A DNA stretch of 64,000 bases from Neocallimastix sp. 'constans'. Taxonomy: Eukaryota. The stretch covers positions 62,001 to 126,000 of the forward strand of contig JBODTK010000128.1 in the NCBI GenBank assembly GCA_050613775.1, in the 5' to 3' direction. The notes beneath the pieces were generated by a model. That model was not told the origin of the DNA, searched no databases, and saw only the letters and a program-made list of their open reading frames with translations. The translations under genes were made by a program, and so were the position numbers. Shown here in pieces: positions 1 to 21,590 of the stretch; position 1 is the stretch's first letter, and every line of letters starts with the position of its first letter.

Positions 1-160
1 AAAAAAAAAAAAAAAAAAAAAAATTAAAATATTAGATTGTTATATTATTGATTTTTATTATTTTTATTTTAATAATATTACTATAATTAGTATTTTTTAA
101 TATCTTAATTTTTATTAATAATAATATTATTATTTATATGTATATTTATATTTTTATTAC

Positions 161-390
161 ATCATATTGCTTTTCGATTTCTTTTAATCTTTCTTCTTCT
201 TTTTTTCTCTTTTTTATTTCATTAATTTGTTCTTCCAAACATTTACCGATATACATTCCAATATTTCGTCTTTTTCGTTCCTCATTATTATAATATTCAA
301 CTTTTTTCAATCTATTATTTTCTGCTAATGCATCCCATACTTTTGTATCTATTATATTAAATAAAGTATATACATATATTTTAATATAAA

Positions 391-461
<71 letters not shown>

Positions 462-742
462 AATCAATATATTCAAGATTTTAATATTTTTATTATTCCG
501 TATATTTTGATCCTTAATGATTATAAATAGTATGATATGTACATTCCATTTCAGCTTTCTTTGCTATTTCTCTTTGTAAAATCTGTTGTTCTTGTGCTGC
601 TGCTATTTCTTTTTCTTTTAATTTACTTTCATATTCTCTTATTTCATGACAATTATTTCTATGATTTTAATTTATATATATTTAATTATTTCAATTAATA
701 TTCGTCAAATTAATTTTAGTTTATATATATTATATTATTTTA

Positions 743-778
<36 letters not shown>

Positions 779-1682
779 AAATATTGAAAAAAAAAATCAT
801 TAATATTCATTATACTAATTCTCATTCGTTCGAGAGAACATAATTTGAAAAAAAAATACTAACCTCCATAAATTATATAATGCATTTTCATTATCCTTTT
901 TTTTTCTTTCTTCTTTTTTTTCTCTCAATACTTTTATTTCATCTTTCATACATTGAATTCTATCAAATACAGTTTCTCTACTTTCTTCAATTAATTTAGT
1001 CCATTCAATTCTATCTTTTTCATATAATTCTGCTAATCTATATATATATATATATATATTTAATAGTAATATATATTAACATTTTAATTTAATATCTATA
1101 AATAGTACTGAATTATTGCTAAATACATATACATTGTCAAAGGAAGTTGATAAAGAATATTTCAACTTGATTGAATTAATACCTTTGTTGCCTATGTTCA
1201 AATTGTTCTCTTTGAATATTTTTTAATTGAGTATAATTTTTATATAATTTATATCTCATGGTAGCATCGACAGTTGCTCTTTCAAAATCTGCTTTTTTGT
1301 CCATCATTTTATAGTAATTATTTTGCCTTTCCATGAATTCATGATCGGCTTCTTCTTTTCTCCTCTGCATGATAATATGATCTACCTGACGGTAGCCTCT
1401 TCTCGGCTGATGTTAATATTTAATTTAATTTAATTATATTATTTCATAATAAAATTAAAATTAATATTATAAAGGATAATTGTTTTTTAATTTTTTATTA
1501 TTATTTTTAATATATTCATTTTTAATAATAATATTTATAGTAATGATAATTTATTAAAATATTTTTTATTCTTATTTATATCATTTTATTTTTTAATATC
1601 GTTCTTATAGTATAAATATTATATGAATTTATATTACCTGTATAGCCTTTGGTGGATGTAGAATTTCTGATTCAAATCTCAT
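161..1682 (-). CDS. Cilia/flagella coiled-coil protein of the CFAP53/trichoplein family; 5 exons visible, 3' part continues off the window start
   Basis: ATG at 1682. Spliced translation MRFESEILHPPKAIQ|PRRGYRQVDHIIMQRRKEE...EHRQQR|LAELYEKDRIEW...RETVFDRIQCMKDEIKVLREKKEERKK...ALYNLWR|NNCHEIREYES... with GT-AG introns. The pattern resembles CFAP53/TCHP (RRxKLxELL...ET...RM...EKL..Q.RxxCxELR). Confidence 0.7.
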
Positions 1683-2581
1683 TTTGGATTATTCCTTTGA
1701 AATAAAAAAAATAATATAAAAATATTTAAAAGGATGGTACTGAAAAACAATGATATGGTTTCTGATAATAATTTTATAGTTATTTGATATTATTTGATAT
1801 TATTTAATTATATTTGTTTTTTTATTCATATTATTTTTATTTTTAAGTTTATTTGACAAAATTTTTTTTAATTTATTATATTATTTTCTTTTTATCATTA
1901 ATATTAATTATAAATTATATATCTTATTTATATATATGTATATGTATATACATATTTAAACTTTATTTTTCTTATATTTCAAAATTTGAAAAAAAAATAT
2001 TGAAAAAATAATAAAAAAACAAAAAAGTTTGAAAATATAAGAAAAATAAACTATATGAAAATATACTTTAATTAAATTAAAATGATAAATTCAAATTTTA
2101 AAATTTTGATTTTTATCATAATTTATTTATAATAATAAATAAATATTATAAATATAAATTGAATATAAAGTTTTTAAAATTTTTATATTCAACAATTATC
2201 CACATAAATATATATATATATTTTTTATTCATATATTTCTCATATTTTTATTACACAAACAAGTAATAATTCAAATACATATTAATTTTGTACTTATAAA
2301 GAATATTACACTACATTATTGATTAAATATTATAAATTAAAAAACGATTTATTACTTTCCAATACCCTTAATCATTCTAAATAAAATAACATAATTTTTA
2401 TAATTAAACACTACATATATACACCTTAAATTATAAATTATTTAAACACCAAGAAAAAAATATTTTTAATTATATTTATTTTGTCTATGTTCAGCTTCCA
2501 AGAATTATTCAATTACAAAAATTGATAACTTTGGTAACGCCTTGAAAATTGTATTGATACAATTTTAAAAAAATAAATAAT

Positions 2582-3349
2582 CTAGTAAAGACGGATTGGC
2601 TTACCCATAGTACTCTTAATGAAAAGAGAACGAACGTTTTGCCAGTTCTTCTTTAAAAGAGAAATTAAGAAGTTAATAGCTAACATAGTGTTGGCAAGAA
2701 TTTCATCTTCAGTCATGTTAACGTGACCAACGGCAACACCAAGACAAAGAACCTTCTTAAGTTGGAACTTAATGGTAGCCTTGATTTCATCACACTTAGT
2801 AGCAAGGTCAACACCGTGAGCAACTGGAGTTGGGAACTTACCAGCTTTGTTAAGACCTGGACCTAATAAACGTGGAATTTGTTTAATAAGAGCTTCAGAA
2901 GCAATGAAAGCATCGTATCTCTTGGCGAGCTTCTTAACGAGCTTCTTGTTCTTGTTAAGCTTCTTTAAGTCTTCAACAGACATACATGGAAGACCAATAG
3001 CCTTAGCTTGATCAATGTGGTAAGCATCACCAAGAAGACAGATCTTAAGATTTGGTCTTGGGACGTTTGGAAGCTTAATAGTACCAGAGAAACGCTTATC
3101 ACGTTGTGGATCGTAGTTCTTAAGACCAATTTGAAGTTCAATAGATTCAGTGAACTTACGTGGCTTTTCTTCCTTAGAGTACTTTAAGATTTCAGCAATA
3201 GCTTCTCTGACGGCAGACACTTGAACTTTCTATTTTGTTAAACATATTAAAATACATCAATTAATCCATCATTTAATTAATATTTTAAATTATTTAAAAT
3301 AAATCTTCTTATAAAATCTATTCTATTCTTTCAAAACACTTACAGACAT
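2582..3349 (-). CDS. RPL1: 60S ribosomal protein uL1 (RPL1/RPL10A), 217 aa; 6-nt first exon 3344-3349, intron 3230-3343, exon 2 2582-3229
   Basis: ATG TCT|GTAAGT...TAG|AAA GTT CAA gives [13 protein letters not shown]...[19 protein letters not shown]...[22 protein letters not shown]. Length matches eukaryotic uL1, with strong codon bias. Confidence 0.98.
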
Positions 3350-3435
3350 TTTGATATATTTTAAGCAAGAAGGATTTAATATATCCACATAAAAATGATT
3401 TTATTATGTAAAAATTTTTAATGAATAAATTAATA

Positions 3436-3462
3436 TGATTGGTTTATATTTTTTTTGATTGG
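3436..3462 (-). promoter_or_regulatory. Two CCAAT boxes (AGCCAATCA, AACCAATCA on - strand), 20 bp apart, upstream of RPL1 in a divergent promoter
   Basis: TGATTGG at 3436-3442 and 3456-3462, about 90-110 bp upstream of the RPL1 ATG. Matches the NF-Y/Hap consensus RRCCAATCA. Confidence 0.5.
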
Positions 3463-3899
3463 CTAAAATAATAATATTAATTGTTTAATAGGAAAATTAT
3501 TTCAAATAATTAATTTGAATTAAATATTATAGATTATTGTTTTTATTAAATGATATTAAATTTTCCTAAACATTATTAATGTCTACTATTAATGAAAATT
3601 TATTATATTAAATAATAAAGTTTATATATAATTTAAAATTAGTAATTCTTAATAGAAACTAAAAATTCCAAAATACTCTAATTTATTAATTTATATATAT
3701 ATATTTTATACTTTTTTTTTTCTTCTTTAAAAAATACATTATTTAATTATTAATTAAAAAAAAGAAATTTATAATATATTTATAATATAGAATACCTTAT
3801 TACGGAATATTTTGATAATTTTTTGGAAATACTTTTCAATTTAAATTATTGATTTTTAAATAAATTACTTCATTATAAAATTTATAGAGCATAACTAAG

Positions 3900-4947
3900 A
3901 TGTCAGATATACCCAAGACAAAGGAGAGTCAATCAAAATTAGATATAACTGAATCACAAGAAGAAGATGATTCAAAAAGCGATTCAGAACTAACAAGTGA
4001 TGAAACAGTAAAAGATGAAACAAAATCAAATAAAAATTTGCAGAATGCAGAAGAAGATAATGTATCTAAAACAGAAGAAAAAAAATCATATAATAATGAA
4101 GAAAATACTGAAACTGAAAAGCGACAAGATGTTAATTTTGATCTTAAAGAAGAAATAAAGGGTAGAGAATTAAATAGTGAAAAAGGATCCACCAAAAATA
4201 CGAATACACCATCGACACCACATAAAAGATTATCTATAAGTAGAGCAAAGAAATATAAAAAAGAAAAAGAAATATTTATACAAAAAGGAAAAAATAAATT
4301 ACAAGAAAGGCCCGATAGAAATAAGGTCAAATATTTATCAGAAGAAGAAATAAATTTAGCATTTCAATGGTTTACAAAAGGAAATTCAGTTATAACACCT
4401 AGAAATATTAAAGATTGTTTTGATACCTTTTTTACTGATATTCCAAAAAATGATAAAAAATATTATATTGAAGGTGGTATAAAAAATGATACAAGACATC
4501 TTATTAATACGAGGGAAGAAAAACTTCAATCAGAAATGTTTAATTCTACTCAATCTATAGCGAGTTTAAAAAAAATGCTTATTAAATATCCATTTAAAAT
4601 GAAAGATTATGAAAATGCTTTTTCGGTATATATTATAAATATATGAATAATTAAATTGTATGTAGTTATAATAAACTTATTCTAATATAATCATATTAAT
4701 TTAATATAAACTGTAAAAAAATTAGATTTTATGTGGAGGAGATTTAGAAGAAGAAATTTCAAATAAAACAATTAATAAATATATTGAAATACTTAAAGAA
4801 AATAATGTACCGATTAAAAACGGTATAGATAAAATTTTAAGATGTTTTGATAAGGATAAAGACGGTGTGCTAGGAATTTCTGATTTATATAAAATGAAAC
4901 TATCCGATTTAAATAAAATTACAGATGATTTTTCTCATAATAAATAA
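3900..4947 (+). CDS. EF-hand domain protein with acidic disordered N-terminus; exons 3900-4625 and 4726-4947
   Basis: GT-AG intron 4626-4725 keeps the frame. C-terminal EF loop FDKDKDGVLGISDL, plus a degenerate EF-like segment LSEEEINLAFQWFTKGNSVIT. Confidence 0.75.
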
Positions 4948-5594
4948 TTTATATATAATTTTAATAAAAATAATTGTATTTATATATATATAGTATTCAT
5001 ATTTAATCAAATAAAAATATCAATAAAAATATATTTATAAAAAAGTGTCTGTATCTCTAATTTTTAATAACAATTAAGCTTTTATTATAATAAAAAAATG
5101 TATGAAAATCATTAAATAACTAATATATTTTATTTTATTTTATCTTATTTTTATTCAAATGATAGTGTTACACAAATCCATAAAAATGGATAAAATTAAA
5201 AATTTAATAATTATCCATTAAATTTTTATTAATGGAAATATTAAATATATTTCTGAGTTTTAAACTTTTTTAAAAGGTTAAATTCTTAATAATAATATTT
5301 GTTTAATAAATGTTTATTAAAAAAAAATTTTTTTTATTTAATGTTTTTTTTTTTTTAATGTATATATTATTTAAAATTCTGACTTTAAATATAATTGGTA
5401 AATTTTTTTTTTTTCTTTTGGTATAGGATATGGCTTTTATGTATTTAATTTTTTTATATTTTATTATACTAATTTTAATTATGTATTTGATGAAATATAT
5501 AACGTAATTAAAATTATTAAAAATAATAATAAACAATTAAAAATATATATATATTTATATATAATTAAAGTTTAGAGAACTAAATTAAATTTTC

Positions 5595-5696
<102 letters not shown>

Positions 5697-6055
5697 CAAT
5701 AAAAAAAAAAATAAAGCAATTAAAAAAATATATATTTTATATATAATTAAAGTTTTGAGAATTAAATTAAATTTTTATTAATATACATATAAAAAATAAA
5801 AAATAACAATAAAAAAGATTTACATTTATTTATCATTGATTTTATTATTTATGTAAAATTTTTTATTTTTTAATTTTCTGTTTTACCAAAATTTTAAAAA
5901 ATATAATTATAATTATATGAAATAAACAAAAATATATTACATATTTTATTATTTTATTACCTTTACCTTTAATTATTATATACAAAATTTTATATAAAAT
6001 TTTCTTAATTAAAAATATAAAATAATTAATAATAATAATATAAAACAATTCTGAC

Positions 6056-15227
<9,172 letters not shown>

Positions 15228-16029
15228 GACTAATAATTAAAGAATATTTTTTTATTATTCAAAATTACATAATTATATATATATATATATTTTATTCAAT
15301 TGTTAATTCTAATATTCTATTATATAAAATATAAATATTCATATAAAAATAATAGATTTTTAATTAATGTATAACATATACTTAAATACAAATTAACATA
15401 AAAAAAAAATCACAATAACAAATAAATTTACTAAATTTTAAGTTTTGGGTGTATAATTTTAAAAAAAAAAGTTTATATGTATAAATAAGTAATTTAATTA
15501 TTTATAGTATTCTAAAAAATAAAAAAATGGATATAATATAACACAATTTTTATTACTTGTAAATAATTAAAGATTAGTTTGAATTATAGATTAATTAATA
15601 ATACAATGATTATTTTTTTAATTACGATATAATTTTGTTCATATAATTTGTTTTTTTTTACTAATTTTTATAATTTTTATTTGAATAATACCTATATGTG
15701 GAATAAATGAAAGAGTGTATTATTTTTACTCTAGTGTTCCATTTGATTGATCCATGATTATGAGTAATATTAAATAATGTTATAAATTTTTCTTAGTTCT
15801 GTTGTAAAAGCAAATAATTTATACAAATTAAAATTAAATTTTAATATATTATGTGGTAACATATAATTTAAAACTAGTAATAGTTTAAACAAAAAGTACA
15901 TATAATTAATATAATAATTTTATAAGATAATTTGGGTTTTTTAATAAATTTGATTTTTTTCTTAAAAAGATTAGGAACCAATTTTATTTAATAGTAATTA
16001 TAAAAAAAAGTACATATAAAATTTCATTA

Positions 16030-16620
16030 TAATATAATCTGCCTTTTCTCTCTGTCAATGTAAATCTTTAGATTTTATTGACGATATTTTCATTTTATTT
16101 GCTAATAAAGTATGGAATCTTTCCTTACTACCTTCTTATTCTAATATTTTAGAATATGAAGATTTCATAAACAGGTATATTTATATATTCCTTTTTGGTG
16201 GAATTTCAGCTTTAGAGGAGCTACAATTCCATACTAGGAGACGGGGACATTTAAGTGAATAACTCTTAAAAAGTTAACAGGGATCTACTATTCCATATAT
16301 TGTGGGGCTTGAGGAATATCTAATACAATATCAATCATCAGTTGCTCTTTTGAGTTACTTTTTGAGAGGTTTAACAAAAACACTTTCATTACCAAGAGTG
16401 TCAACATCGTACCGATATGGCAAAGGAATAGTGCAATTAGTAGTCATGTTAATTCTCATCAATACACATTTACAAACAGTAAGATTCAGAACACAGAACC
16501 TATAGTAAGTAATTCAACTTTTGATGATCTTTCTTGTAGTTCAGGGGAGAGTTTAATGGATACCACACTATCTATTATAAAAATGTTACTTCTTTGTATT
16601 ATTATTTTATATTTAACTGA
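16030..16620 (+). mobile_element. Decayed 3' fragment of a non-LTR (LINE-like) retrotransposon, family A
   Basis: Locally higher GC. Interrupted frame LDFIDDIF...YIYIFLFGG...STIPYIVGLEEYL parallels the YNFLLGG...TPFLV motif of the neighbouring fragments; in-frame stops present. Confidence 0.5.
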
Positions 16621-16959
16621 TGATCAGGTTACTATATATAGTATACATCACAACTTGTTATTATTCTTTATTTTATTAAATTTTATACAATCAATTAAAA
16701 AAAATTTTTTTTCTATTTTTATTATTTTTTATTTTACTTAATCTTTTACATATACATTTTATTTTTATCTTTATATTATATAATGTATTTTTTTTAAAAA
16801 AATGTAATACATAAAAATTATTTTAATCTATTTAATAAAGTACTGGAAGTGTATTCTCTTTCTAGTCTAAAAAAAAAATAAAAAAAAAAAAAATCTAAAA
16901 TAATTTAACTAGTTTAAATAACACAAATGTTTTAAAACAGTGAGATTCATAATTAAGAA

Positions 16960-17820
16960 CAAATTATTTCTTAATTTTACCCATTGGAACATTGGTTTTC
17001 TAATTGTTATCTTTTCCGTGTATTTCGTATGAACTATTTTATGGATATTGAAATTTTTTATGAAAAAATTTTTGTAATTTTCAAATATTGTTCAATATCG
17101 AGTAGTAATATAAACACTGTTGTCACAGATATGAATAATTTAGAATCAAGTACTGATTTTGATAGTAGTAACTAAGAGTATAATATTAATAATAATAATA
17201 ACAATAGGAATAGTGTTGTTAATAATAGTAATAATACCGATAATGAAAATATTAATATTAATATTGAAGATAATAGTGTCGTTTCTAATAATGTAATGAA
17301 TAGATCAATTAATGATAATTTTGTTAATATTACTAGTTTTCTGAATAGTAGATGTATAAATATATACATGACTTTGTACTGATTATATAATTTCCTTCTT
17401 GGTGGAAGAGATTCAGGCATCATTGATTTATATTATAAAAATGAATGTGATGTTTTGTTTAATAACCAATTCATTTCTGGCGGTTATTTTAAAACGCCAT
17501 TCTTGGTGTGAGCTGTGGTTCTCTTTACAGAAATTATGCTTAGGTCTAGTATTCAACGAAGATCTCTACTCCTGACGGTATAAACGCAAACTAACCAGGA
17601 GCGTCAACGCTTAAAATGTAGTAAGACAGGCCCAACAGGGCCAATGCCTCTGGAAGAGAAGACCATAATTGTCAATTCAAACCTTAATCCAGAATATGAA
17701 TTTCATTTAAACAGAAATCATATAATCTTGGAGGTGAGGTTTGTTGCATTTGAACTTTTTTCTGAATTTATTTATATACTTTATTTTGAATATTTCTTTT
17801 TATTTCAAAGAGTATTTATT
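16960..17820 (+). mobile_element. Decayed LINE-like ORF2 3' end plus 3' UTR, family B copy 1
   Basis: LEHWFSNCYLFRVFR (H-x4-C half of a CCHC knuckle), Asn-rich spacer, YNFLLGGRDSG...YFKTPFLV*AVVLFTEIM. About 500 bp is clearly homologous to 26040-26590. Confidence 0.65.
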
Positions 17821-17869
17821 AATTAAATAACTGAATAATTACATTATAATAAAGAGTATTTATTAATAA

Positions 17870-18317
17870 ATAATAATAAATAATAAATAATAAATAATTA
17901 ATAAATAATAAATAATAAATAATAAATAATAAATAATAAATAATAAATAATAAATAATAAATAATAAATAATAAATAATAAATAATAAATAATAAATAAT
18001 AAATAATAAATAATAAATAATAAATAATAAATAATAAATAATAAATAATAAATAATAAATAATAAATAATAAATAATAAATAATAAATAATAAATAATAA
18101 ATAATAAATAATAAATAATAAATAATAAATAATAAATAATAAATAATAAATAATAAATAATAAATAATAAATAATAAATAATAAATAATAAATAATAAAT
18201 AATAAATAATAAATAATAAATAATAAATAATAAATAATAAATAATAAATAATAAATAATAAATAATAAATAATAAATAATAAATAATAAATAATAAATAA
18301 TAAATAATAAATAATAA
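17870..18317. repeat. (AATAAAT)n heptamer tandem array, about 60 units
   Basis: Near-perfect 7-bp periodicity; source of the (FIIYYLL)n ORF. Confidence 0.97.
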
Positions 18318-19523
18318 ATTATAAATAATTGAAATTTAAAATGAAACAAAATAAAAAATAAAAAAGAAAAATAGAAACAAAATAAATTAAAAAAAAATCA
18401 TAGCAATAAATTATATAAAAAAAGGAAAAGTTAAAATTTTAATTAAATATATTTCCATATATATTAGAATATAAATAAATATTAGTATGTTTATAACATG
18501 AGTCATTCTTGATCCAGATTAATATTTATTGTTGATATTTTAATTAGTGCATATTAGTTGTAGTTTAAGAACTTTAATTAATATAATTTTTTAGGTGAAC
18601 AACTGGACCAAATTATATTATATAAAAAAAGGTTTAATATATATACAATTAAATTAAGAATCGTATAATAAAATTAATTACTGTCAAAAATATGACTTTT
18701 AAAAATTAAAATTAAATTTTTATAATAAACATAATAATCAAATAATAAAATCAAAAAATAATATGATAAATAAAAAATATAATTAATATTTATTAATAAA
18801 TAAGTAATAAATTAAATAATAATAAATAATTAATAATAAATAATAAATAATAAATAATAAATAATAAATAACTGAATAATTAAATAATAGTAAAAAAAGA
18901 AAAAAGTAATTATCAATAAATAATAAATAATAAATAAATAAATAAATAAATATTTGTAATAATTATAGTAATTATGAAAAGAGTAATAATTAATAAATAA
19001 ATTACATAAATAGTTAATAATTAAAATTAACATAAAATAATAATATTTTAGCATGGAAAAAAAATGCATATATAATTAAAATTATAAAATTTTATAATAT
19101 ATATACTTTAAAATAATATAGAAATAATTTGTATTTATTATCAAAAAGTATAGAAAGGCAATTAATATAACATATATATTTGTATATATATTTTCTTTTT
19201 TTCTAAAATATCCTATTCATCAATTTCAACAATAAAGCAATTAAAATTGTATATAATAAATTTAATATACATATTATCTCATATAATTAATAAAATACTA
19301 ATATAATTTATACTATTTGATGGTGATAATGAATAATATTTTAATAATATAAAATAATTATAATAAGAATATTTTTGAATGAATAATGAATGTCAAATTC
19401 TAGGTTTTAATTTTCATATTTCTATTTAAATATTTCTAGTAGATTTTTTTTTTCACTTTTTAAAGGAAATTTTTATTTTATTTTTAGACTTTCATAATAT
19501 TTTTTGTTAATAATATAGCATGA

Positions 19524-19572
<49 letters not shown>

Positions 19573-21590
19573 TTGTGGTAAATTTCGTTATTACAAGCTT
19601 AAAATTTGAAACTTTTTAGAAGCAAAACAAACCAAAACTGAAGATACCAAAAAAAAAAAAAAAGTTAAAAATTAAAAAATAATAAAATTTAAAATTTTTA
19701 TTTTAAAATTAAATACATTAAATTTAATAAAAACTACTATTTAATATATTGCATTTATATTACTGTCATATAATTTAATATATACAATTTCTACATAATA
19801 TATCTACAAAATATATAAAATTAAATTAAAAAGTAATTAAAAAGTAATGGTTTCAAATAGTAATCAAAATATAATAATCATTTATATATTATTTTAATAA
19901 ATTTTTAAAATAAAAAATTTATAGTTTTAGTTAATTATATTATTATTATATTACATTATATATATATTAATATAACTGAAAATTCCATTTTTATAGTTAA
20001 TTTAATATATATATATAACAATTATTAAACTTCATATGATATAAAGTTACTTTATTATTAATAATAAAGTAATTAATATATATTAACAATATATGATGGA
20101 AAGATGGTTCTAACTAGTTAGTAGTAAATAAAATTAAAGGTAATATAATATATATTAGTAATATATAATATATATTTATCCTTTTAAATCATATATTATA
20201 TATTATATTATATAAAATATAATATTATAATTTATAATTAGTAATAAATAATCTATTTTTTTAAAATTCTTTAATAAATTATTTTATTATATATTTATTT
20301 ATTTATTATTAATAGTAATTAATGATTATTAAATACATTTATTTGGTATTTATTTAAATAATAAAAATAAACAAATTAGTTGAATTTTTATAATTATTAT
20401 GATTTTCAATAAGATATAACAAAAAATATATATATGGATTTAATTTTTTTTTTTTTTTCTTCAAAACTCTACGATATAAAATTCTTTAATATTAAGTTAT
20501 ATTTATTAATATTAATAATAAATATAATATTTTCAACATTAAAGAGATAAAGAAAAATTACAACAACTATAATATAAAACAAATATAAAATAATATATTA
20601 TTTTATATAAAACAACAAACTAAATGCTATTATTTTGTTTATTATTTTGTTAATTATAAATTAATAAATAATAATAGCAACAAAAATACTATTTTATAAT
20701 ACATTAAGAAATGTTGAATTAAATTTTTCAGACATATTATAAAATAGAAAAATTAAACAAAATCTTCATTAAAATTATTTTTTAAATTTTACCTTTAAAC
20801 ATTAAAATAATCTTTTTTTTTTATTTTAATTAAAAATATAATATTAATTATAAAATAAAAATATTAAAAACTTTTACTAAATATATATAAATAAATTATA
20901 CTACTTAATAACAATAAATATATATATAATTATTATCTTAAACTTGAATTTATATAAAATTATTAGAAAAAAAAAATAAAATAAAATAATTTCTTTATAA
21001 TATTTAAAGGAAATATTTTTTTTTTAATTAATACTGATTAAAATATAATATTATATAATTAAAGTTATTTGATAATAAATTTATAATTTTATTTTAATTA
21101 TTATTTCTCAAAATTGTGCTTGAAATTTTTTTTATCAAGAATAAAAAAGATTTATAAAATTTTTTAGAAATTTATAAATTTTATTTAGGAATAAAATTTC
21201 ATAAATTGATATAAAATTAAATTAGAACGTCGTCATTACCAACTATAAGTAATATGAAGATTATTTATATAACTAATATTCTTTTTAATTAGAGCGAACA
21301 AGATCAGCATATATTAATCGAAATCAAAAACACATAATCATAAATTAAATATATATATAAACATCAACATATATTCTTTTTAATTTTTTTAAATAAAATT
21401 GTAAATATAATATAATATTCATAACAATTATTTCACAATTAATACAAATTGTAAGTAAAGGAATAAAAGGAATTTAATTTATATATATAAAGTTATGTAA
21501 TATATTTTAAATATTAAATAATGTATTAAATTTATTTATTTTCTTTATTTTGATTTGGAAATTTTTATATAAAGAACTTAATGAATAATA

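Noticed and set aside
3929..4330. Antisense or alternative-frame ORFs (also 37371-37710, 47841-48377, 47911-48306, 49807-50322, 55360-60324)
   Set aside because: Shadows of real coding exons, with no independent motifs.
5900..6055. Forkhead/RFX ciliary promoter motifs upstream of IFT172 and the CFAP53-like gene
   Set aside because: TAAACAA-like words are expected by chance at this AT content, and there is no good X-box.
16302..16505. Helicase-like motif STSYRYGKGIV in a 67-aa ORF
   Set aside because: No other helicase motifs, and it lies within a frameshifted retroelement remnant.
17870..18317. Telomeric or CRISPR-like array
   Set aside because: Simple AT-only heptamer repeat with no spacers or G-rich strand, internal to the contig.
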